A stretch of DNA of 64,000 nucleotides, taken from NCBI GenBank assembly GCA_965178125.1, contig OZ237736.1, positions 558,001-622,000 on the forward strand, written 5' to 3'. Positions within the stretch are counted from its first letter, which is position 1. Each line of letters starts with the position of its first letter. The notes beneath the pieces were generated by a model, which made no database searches, was not told the origin of the DNA, and worked only from the letters and a program-made list of their open reading frames with translations. Origin of the DNA: Bilabrum cf. latius. Lineage: Eukaryota. This document shows positions 55,201-64,000 of the stretch, piece by piece. The position numbers and the translations under genes are program-made.

Positions 55201-56674
55201 CTCCAGGTCGTAACGGAATTTGCGCGGTGTGGCATGCACCACCGTGTGGGTAGGAGCTCGTCCTGCTGAGTGCTGGCGCCCAGGTGATGCACCACTTGCG
55301 CACTCCCCTTCAGTTGGCTTGCTGCTAGAGCCAGCGGCTCTAGCAGCAGCTAGAAGCCTTCGCTCTGCGTTTCGAGCAGTGGAGATTGCAGCGATCTCTC
55401 GCGCGATGGCTGCGATCGACATGGTCGCAATGCCTGGCAGAGCAGAAGCCTTGGCGTCAACAGCGGCGCCAGAGTCAGCCTTACTAGCCGGCTTCTCCTC
55501 GACACTAGCAGTAGGCAAGATCTGGGCTGAGCAAAGTGATCGCGTCTCGCTGCTTGCCGTTGCAGCACCTCCTACTTCTGGGTCCACCTGGCTCTCGGCC
55601 GCCTGGCTTGCCACCATGTCACCCGAGTCTGCACTTCCACCGTTAGAAGCGGCATTGGCTCCGGTCCTTTTGTCATCTTGGCTGCCCTCATGCGAGTCCG
55701 AAGAGGTTGCGCTGTTTGGCGCCTCCTCGTCTTGCCCTTGCGCATGGGAGGAGACAGCTGTTGGGCTGGCATCACCCAGCTGGGAAGCTCTCGTCGCCGG
55801 TTCCTTCTCTCGAGCCGTGGGAATGGCTGGCGGTGGTACCAGGGGAGATGCAGCCTTTAGAATGGCAGGTGGATCCTTCGGTGCGGGTGCGGGTGATTTT
55901 GCTGCCTTATCCGGAATGCTGGAACCAGCCGCTGTAGCTGCGGTCACTGCAGAGGAGTCCTCTCTTTTGGCTCTGCTCCCAACCAGCCGTGAGACGGGGG
56001 GTGGAGTTCGTGCTCGTGCCTTTAGAGCCGCTCTGGAGGAGCTCGGTGCTGTCGCCGATTCCTCCTCCGGCCCGCCTAGCAGGCTCCCACCCTTGCGGGG
56101 CAGCTCGAGGCTTGTCCTCCTTCGCCTCTGCGCAGCGAGTGATTTAGCTCGTGCGCGAATCTCTGCAATCTTTGCCGCTGCCCTCGCCTTTCCGATGGAT
56201 CGACTGTCTACCTTGGTGCTGATCGTAGAGCTGGGTTGCTGCGCGCTTCCTGCCTTGTCGCTTACGCTGGTTCCGAAGCGGTGGAAGGCTGCCTCGGCCA
56301 TCCGAGCGCGAGGAGATGGATGTCTGCTGCCAGCAGCGCCTGCTGCTGACTAGGAATTAGCTGTTCCAGATAGTGACAGTGACTTCTTTGCAGGTGGGCA
56401 AGGGCTGAGCATCGAGGCGCCGGGTTTTTGAGACTTTGCTCTGGATACCCGGACTGGTTGAACGGTGCCCGACTCCTGTGCATCCTGCGAAATAGAGGCG
56501 GTTTATTGCTAGATATACGTTGATTAAAACATCAGGCAGGCTCAAGTTTGCATCTCTAAAGACCCTCACAGCAGATGATGATGTCCCAAGCTTGCCGGCG
56601 GCGGACGGCGTGTTGCTGCTCAACGCAGAAAGTGCTTTTCTGCTTTTCCCAGAGCCCTGAAGCGGACTAAACAT
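52204..56674 (-). CDS. Large low-complexity hypothetical protein (~1,460 aa); intron 56485-56569
   Basis: ORFs 54706, 54397, 53851, 52888 and 52204 are in one frame with 7 TAGs. A GTGAGG...TTTCGCAG intron links them to ATG 56674. Ends at TGA 52204-52206. Confidence 0.65.
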
Positions 56675-56888
56675 GCTTGCAGTACTAGATGTCTCAGCAC
56701 ACCACGCAGGGTGGCCGCTGCAATCTTCGGTGGTCTTCGCGGATCGCGGCCAACGGAAGGAAAGGGCGGCGCCGCGCACATCGGCATCTAGCGGAACCAA
56801 GTGGTGCAGCGATGCAGAACGACGTCTGGAGAACAGAATCGCTGCTTCAGGAAGCTACTTTGCACACTGAAACACTTCAATCGCTAGT

Positions 56889-58775
56889 ATGAGCATGTTT
56901 GCGGTCGGACGGAAGAGTGGAGGGCTGAAGGCGAGCGATCCACTAATCGATTACATTCTTACCTAGCTGCAAACCAGTGCTGCACCTTTAGACGGCGAGT
57001 CCAGCTTGCCGCCCAGCATTCCTATTGCGAAGACTTACGGTGATGCACTGCGAGCAATTCTTGGCCGCATTGAGCCACTGACGCATCCTGAGAGGACCGA
57101 TGCGATCCGCAAGCAAGTTCCCGGAGTGGGGCGATTCCACGTGCCTTTGCCGCTGGTAGACGCTCTTGTGGAGTATGATTCGTACACAAGACTATTGCAC
57201 AGATGTTTTGTGGCTCCAACGTTTCGGGAGGTCCGTCACATCCTGAATATCGCTGCAATCGATGCCACTGTTCGTAGTGAGGATGGTGTGAGGCTCGTAA
57301 CACTGGATGCGGACGAAACGATATACTCTGACGGAGGGACAGTATCTCCAGATTCTCCGATGGTACCACTCATTTCCAGGCTGCTTACTAGCGGGGTGCG
57401 AGTGTCTCTAGTCACAGCGGCTGGTTACACGGATCCAACGCGGTATGAGCAACGACTGAGCGGCCTGCTTCGAGCGTTCGAGCTTGCGATCGAGCTTGGG
57501 GCCGACCCATGCTTCTTGGATAGGTTCTTCGTCATGGGAGGTGAGGCCAATTACTTCCTCATCACCGAGCTGGAAGGCCGTCCCAGGCTCGCGACCGAAC
57601 CGTCTGCGGCTGAGGCAACTGCGTCATCACCTCCGGCGACTGCATCCACTGGCACTGCGGGGGCGAGCGGAGATGAAGAGGAGAAAGGATCCAAGCCAGC
57701 AGCCGGAGGCAAGTCCTCAGGCAGCGTTGACCCAGGGATGACAAGCAAGGCAAGCGTCGGGTCAGTCACCACGGGGGCTGTCCTGCCCTTCTCCCGCCTG
57801 AGGGTCAAGCTCAGGATGGTGCCGCCTTCGGAATGGAAGGACGGCAGGGGCGTCCGCTGGCCTCACGATAAGGTCAAGGACCTCCTAGATAAGGCTGAAA
57901 CATGCCTGGTGGAGACTGCCACCCGGCTGGGCTTAGACGTGCGCGTCATCCGCAAGGAGCGCGCTGTCGGGATCGTGCGTGCCGATGACGCTGAAGGCTC
58001 GAGGCTGCCGTACGAGGTTCTCGAGGAGATCTCTCTCGCCACGCAGCACGCGCTGCACGGGCACATCGTGCCGCACTGCGTGTTTAACGGCGGTGCTGAT
58101 GCTTTCGTGGATGTGGGGCACAAGGCTCTCGGCATCCGCGCTGTGCAGTCATACGCAGAGGCCACGCCTCGCAGCACCCTACACTTCGGCGACAGATATA
58201 CACGCACCGGGAACGACCGCAAGGCGCGGGCCGTGTCGTCTGGCGTGTGGGTGGCAGACCCTAGCGAGACGGAGCTTTTCTTGAACCTGCTCATACGCAA
58301 GCTGAGGGCACGGTCACGAGCAGAGCTTCGCAGGACAGGCGGAGCTGCTGCGCACGCGATTGGGCTGCACGATCAGTACGATGACGATAGCAGGTCAGTG
58401 GGAGGAAGCTCCATTGGCGGTGGATCGCTGGGTGGAGCTGCCGGTATTGCGGACGAGGATGGCACCGTAGCTGCCGGTAGCGCCGGCACGCGTGAGATTC
58501 GCAGGGGTGTCAGCCTTGCCACGCAGCAGATGATGAGAGCAAGGCACACGACTGCAATGGAGCGGTCGCAGTGGGAAAGTGCTGGTGGAGAGGTTGTCGG
58601 TCACGTCGGCCACGGGTCCGTACGCTCTGGGATGGGCACGCCGGTGGATGGGATGGACAGCCCGCTCGTTTCGGACGCTGACCCAGCAGCATCCAAGTCC
58701 GACCCACTGAAGCTTGCACTCGAAAGGTGCCTCTCCGATGGTGGGCGGAGTGGAACGCCCGGTAGTGACCTGTGA
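56889..58775 (+). CDS. ISN1: IMP-specific 5'-nucleotidase (HAD family)
   Basis: PTFREVRHILN, LVTLDADETIYSDG, VTAAGY, MGGEANY, RKERAVGI, FNGGADAFVDVGHK and LHFGDRY..GND motifs. ATG 56889 is reached only through TAG 56964. Ends at TGA 58773. Confidence 0.9.
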
Positions 58776-58938
58776 ATTGGACCTGGGGGCTTCCATGGAG
58801 AAGCGTGATTCGACCCTGTTCCCATTTGAGGGCTAGGGGGTAGTGTAGTCGTTTCCAAAGGTTGGTGATGCTCTGGCAGCTACCCCTTTTGCACAGTGAC
58901 AGTCAAGATGGAAGATTGTTTAATAAGTATTCAAGCGC

Positions 58939-61900
58939 TCAATTAACACTGCCAGAGGAGCTCGCTGCAGTCTGGCCACCTTCTATTTTCCTCAGAGCCG
59001 ATCTTGCGTCCCTGATCACCTCCTCTGGGAATCCCGCCCCAGCTGCCACCTCGATGCCAAAGCTCTTCTGCGACATGCCGGGACAGACCTTGTACAGCAT
59101 CACAACCTCTCCATCGTGCACCTGCGCGTCCATGTGGAGCGCGCACACCCTGCGGGTTGCGGGCGGCTCACTGTTGGGTTTGGCATCGCCCGCACCCACC
59201 CTACTCTTCTTTGAAGGTCTCGAGCGACCGTCCTACGCACTGCCACCGCGCGCACTGCCTGTACCATCCTGCCCAATGCCCGCTGAAGCAGGGAATTCAT
59301 CGACCAGTGAAGCAAGCTCGTGGAAGTGCGTCGCCATCAGTGACATGCAACCGAGCGATGCGAGCTCGTGCGCCACAGCCCAGGCAATCCCGAACCCGTC
59401 GTGCGTGCTTGTGCCTCGTCCAATTTCGTCCAGCACCACAAGAGAGCGCGGTCCCACTCCTCGCAGCATAGATGCAGTCTCCAGCATTTCAGCCATGAAG
59501 CTGCTCACACCTTTTAGCTGATCGTCTGCCGAGCCAACACGAGCAAATATGCTTTCGAAGACAGGCAGCACCGCCTCGTCGGCAGGAACGAAGCACCCTG
59601 CCTGCGCCATCACGACGGCAAGAGCCACGCTCCGAATGTAGGTGCTTTTGCCTCCCATGTTTGGCCCACCTACTAGAGCAAAGCACGGCTACTCGCCAGC
59701 ACGGCCATCTCCTCCCCACCACTGCAGGTCGACGTCGTTCGGGATAAAGTCTGTCCCCAGGCTCGTCTCCACCACCGGGTGTCGAAGACCCCTCAGCTTG
59801 AGAGTGCCCAGCGGACCGCTTGAATCTGCCCTATCGAGCATTGTCGGCTTGGTGTACGGAACAGGAGCGCGAAGTGACACGCACGCGAATGAGGCAAGGG
59901 CATCCAGCGTGTGGATCACCGAGCTGAGGTCGGTGAGGACCGGCGCGTAAGTGGCAGCCACATTGAGAATCTCGAGGCCGTACTCCGACTGGGAGACAGC
60001 GTAGTCATTCTCTGCATCCTCTTCTGCCCTCGACGCGGAGAGAAAGCCTGATGTGGTAAAATGGACACCGTCCCGCTGTACGCTAAGCATGGTATAACCC
60101 CTCCTCAGCTTGCCGTTTCCGGCCGTCCGTCCCGACTTTGCAACGGCCTTGCGCCCCTTTCCTTTCGCGCTAGCACTGGATGATTCCCCTGCAGATTTCT
60201 CGTACAGAAGCTTCTACTACGATGTTGGTATTCGCATGTGCCGTCCTAGAATCGTGTTTGACTCTACTCGGATCTTGTCAGCAGAGGTCCCGACCTCGGC
60301 CGCAACGGACGCCACAGCTCGCTGCACTCCAGCTACTGCCGCAAAGAGCTGGTCATACTGATGCTGCAGCGCAGGCATTGCCTGAGGCCTGATAAGGTAT
60401 CGTTTCTAAGAACCAGCCCAGCCGCTCAGCGAGCTGAGAGCTGCTGGCTTGCTGGCAGACGCACCGAGCGCCTGCTCCACGTCCATTGTCGTTTCCACAA
60501 GCTTTCTAAACCCCTCGCATTTGTTGTCTATTCCGCGCAGGCTCGACAGTAGACTTGAAACTCCCGTGGTGGTGCTAGTATCACCTCGGTGATTTGCGCC
60601 GCCGCTGCCTGAGGCTCGTTTTCTCTTCGTGCCCGCCTGCTGCTTCGCACTAGTATCTGCCGAGCCGGAGCCATCTTCGCACACTTCAAGAAATCCTGGC
60701 AGCCTCAACCCTACGAACTCGTACAGGGCAATCAGGTCCCGTAAATCGGCCTGACGGGCCAGCAGCTTCGCTTGAATCCCATCGAGATCAGCGGAGCCCC
60801 GCAGGAATCGACGAGATCGAATCGCGTCAAGCAGCTGCGGGTGCTCCATGAGGTGGCCCACGCACTCATGTCTCCATCGAATCGTGCTAATCTCAGTGGA
60901 AGGCTGAGTCACCCACTGCCGCAACAACTGCGAACCCCCGGGCGTGCGGCAAGCATCCAGCATCTGCACCAGGCTAGTCCGCCCAGGCAACGATCTGGTG
61001 CTGCCATGCATGGGAGTCACAAGAAGAGAGCTCAATGCTGACCTGTCCATTCGAAGCATACCGTTCGGTCTAATTACCCTAAACTTCAATCCCTAGAGCG
61101 TGATTCCACCTGCAGACAAGGGAGCGATGGCTGTACCCCCGGAAGTCCTTCCCGGTGGTGATTGAGCCTGGCGCACAACTGCAGATGACGCGGACGACGG
61201 CATGAGCGGCGAACCTGCGCTGGCCGCCCCACTCGACGCGGATCGCCGGGGAGGGCTCGTAAATCTATTGAGGTGATCATCTTCACCTCTGTCACTAGCC
61301 TGCTTCGAGCTGGAACCGACCGACCCATCAGCAGCAGCGGCAGCGGGGGACAGGTTATCGCCCTCGCCCTCGCCCTTACAACTGCTTGGCACCTGCACGT
61401 ATGCAGGTTCGACGCTGGTCCCGGCCACTTGCACGTGGCCAATGTCTCGTAGCAATGCGTGCACTGCCAGTGCTGCAACCGGCATGGAGTCGAGGACGCC
61501 TGGGTGGTCAGAGTGGACAGGGCCGCTGCTAGTGTCCTTGCCGCTTGCAACTTGTGACTCTTCACGATCAGTGGATGCCGACAGCGCCCCTGGCGCAGCA
61601 GATGCAAACTTGCTCCAGTCGTCAGCTGCAGAAGAATGCGGATCACCGCTTCGGCTCGACTTGTCGACGGAGCTCATCGCTCTAGGCGCGCGGCCTCCGC
61701 CACTAGACCTGGGAGAACTCTCACCAACCGCGAGACAGTCTGCACATGCCAGCACAGCCATTCTTGCACCAGTTGCTGATGAGAGCCCTTTGCTATCCAC
61801 TTCAACCAGTCCTGGTACGTCGTCAACCTACAGCGACGTACTGAAGGCTGCATCCTAGGGTATGCCTTCGGCGACTGCCCTGACGATGGAACTAGCTAGC

Positions 61901-62703
61901 TGGGCTTGCCGCGCCGCAGGACCGGAGCTTGCTGAGCTGGAGGGTGGATCGTGTCCGGCATGAGCAGATGCAGATGCAATACGGACCAGCGATGATGGAA
62001 GGAGGCAAGACGACGACTTGTTCTGTGAGAGCAGTGCTGAAAGCTCTGACAACCCGCCTCCATGAGTCTGGGATGGAGGCGCGCTCTCGTTTGCAGTGGC
62101 CCCCGTTGCGACGGTTTGCGTTGACGAGCTACTGGAGCTTGAATGCTCGGTTGATTTGCGCGCTTCCCCATCAGCATGAGCTGGTAGACTCAGAGGACGT
62201 GCTTCCCACTCTGCCACTGCCAGTTCACCAGAAGCGTAGTTCAGGCAGCAGAATCCAATCGTTGGCGACGCACCAAGGGTGCACTGCAACGATGCCACGC
62301 TTGGGGCTTGTTGCACGATCCTGTCAAAGCACCCAGAGCACTCCGAGCGTCTCAGGCTTAGCCTACTAGAGGGTAGCAGTGGAGTACCCCCAAATAATCG
62401 AAGCAATTCAAAAGAGCAGCTGGGGCTCGCGTCGACAGCAACCTGCCAGCGCTGCCCATCGCCCTTCGGTGTCCCGCGTCGCTCTGCAGGAGCCAACACC
62501 TGTACCCGTGTGCCATGGTCAAGAACTAGAGCAGTGAGTACTTGTGCGACGGATTTCCGGGACAGTGAGCACTTCAATCCTGTTGTAAGGTTGCCAGTCA
62601 CTGCAATTGCTGCGCCAAGATGCTGCTAGCAACATTTTACATCATGAGGGTGCACTGCAAAGAATGCTCCTTGTTCTTTTGCCAGAAACCTAATTGGCAC
62701 CAT
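58939..62703 (-). CDS. MSH2: DNA mismatch repair MutS homologue, MSH2-like; 5' end uncertain
   Basis: CRTPGGSQLLRQWVTQP, QRDGVHFTT, LRHPVVE..FIPND, Walker A GGPNMGGKSTYIR, SSFMAEMLE, DEIGRGTSTHDGFG, ATHFHEL and SFGIEVA. One frame with 9 TAGs. Ends at TGA 58939-58941. Confidence 0.9.
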
Positions 62704-63368
62704 GCAGTCTGCAAAGACTCGGGCACAGTAGGCCTAAGTAGCTGTACAGGCACCAAAACTAGCCTTCGCAAGAGGCTTTTCTAAAGCTATCGATGGAGCC
62801 AGCCTTTGGATTGTCAGTGCTTAAATACAATAAAATATCCTGACGCACAATATTTCTGGCAACAGGCACTACCGAGTCTGCAAGAGGGAACTGAACGAAA
62901 GGAATCAAATCAAGATGATCTTCATCTTCGGCTCCCGCCGGCGTCACGGTGCCGGTGGGTGCTCCAACTGGAGGCACATACCACCGCCTTTTACTTGCGA
63001 GCCCGCATCTATCCCCTTGTACAAACAAGCACCTATGTCATTGATTCTTAAGCATGAAAGCTCGGGCGGGCTAGCTTCATTCCTTTCCCGCGACTCGCGC
63101 TAGCCCTTTATGCATACGCCCGAGACGATGTAGGCGAGACCTCTTCGATGGCCTGCCCCGGTGATGGCTAGTCCTCATCCTTGTGTCCTCCTCCTCGTCC
63201 CGCACCCCAGCTGCCAGACCGGTCAAATGCAATAGTACGGACTACCCAGCACTGGCACTGGCTGACTGCCCGCTAACTTTTCAATGATGTTGTTTATGTG
63301 CCCATGGTACAGTCTAGTGTAGCAAGGCAACTAACTGCCCATGCCAAGCCAACTGCCGCGATCCATCT

Positions 63369-64000
63369 TCAAAGCCTGCTTGCTTTGACGACAAACAAAG
63401 GGTCACATCGAGTACTACTTGGGAGGCCGAAAAGCTCCGGGCCTACACTCGTCAGGTCCCAGGCCTCGATCGGGCCCCAATGCAGCACCTGCGTGGTGCT
63501 GTCACTGCCTCCACCCCCACCCTCTGCATCCGCAACCGATACTGAGCTACTCTCGATACCACCCGCATCATCCGTCTAAGAAGTATCACCAGAAAATCGG
63601 ATCACATCGGCAGCGTAACAAATCTTCTCGGCGAGTCCGAATTCCAGCCAAGGCCTCACCGATTGGGTGGGAAAGCAGCGACTCGATACTGCGGCCATTA
63701 GGACGCCGCCCGGGCGAAGAAGCAACCCTGCTTCCCGCACCACTTGGAGAGGATGTGTAAGGTATTCAATGCTTAAGCTGCACGTTACAACGTCCAATGT
63801 GCTATCGCTGATTCCGGTAGCTGCCCCGAGGGATGCAGGGATTTGCCCTGGCCCCTTCGATTCAAGGGGTACGTACCGGCCCCGTGCTCGTCCATTGTTG
63901 GAACTCGTGGCACTCGGTTCGTGTTCGCGCCATGAAGCCTTGTCGTTCAAATCTAGTACCGTCCATCTGCCGCAATGACCTGGCAAGTCATGCAGAAGCG
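63369..64000 (-). CDS. SAM-dependent methyltransferase (5'-partial)
   Basis: DVVTCSLSIEYLTHPLQVVREAGLLLRPGG..SSRCFPT. The C-terminal DPLFVVKA is reached through TAG 63576. Ends at TGA 63369-63371. Confidence 0.8.

Noticed and set aside
62704-63368. ORF 62759-63028 as a separate gene or upstream MSH2 exon
   Set aside because: No convincing ATG, motif or splice pair was found; left unresolved.

Overview
Compact, gene-dense, GC-rich eukaryotic (protist-like) nuclear DNA with few, short GT-AG introns. The main result is a non-standard genetic code. Nearly every gene is cut into consecutive same-frame ORFs joined only by in-frame TAG codons, while the real gene ends are TGA or (once) TAA. TAG sits at conserved Gln positions and swaps with CAG between near-identical gene copies, so UAG=Gln and UAA/UGA=stop. 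Read this way, the window holds: (1) a 4,535-bp tandem array of about 4 copies of a ~1,400-aa secreted/membrane protein gene (1-16058); (2) a GH78-like glycosidase with an apparent frameshifting deletion; (3) five head-to-tail ~1.23-kb non-autonomous Helitron-like elements (20428-26585); (4) an ankyrin-repeat gene, an EGF-like Cys-rich secreted protein, a USP deubiquitinase, a fatty-acid elongase, a ~3,000-aa BK/Slo-type K+ channel, a glycosyltransferase-like protein, a PAC1/PSMG1-like chaperone, HGSNAT, a large low-complexity protein, ISN1, MSH2 and a partial SAM methyltransferase. All frames and counts were traced by hand; no database searches were run.
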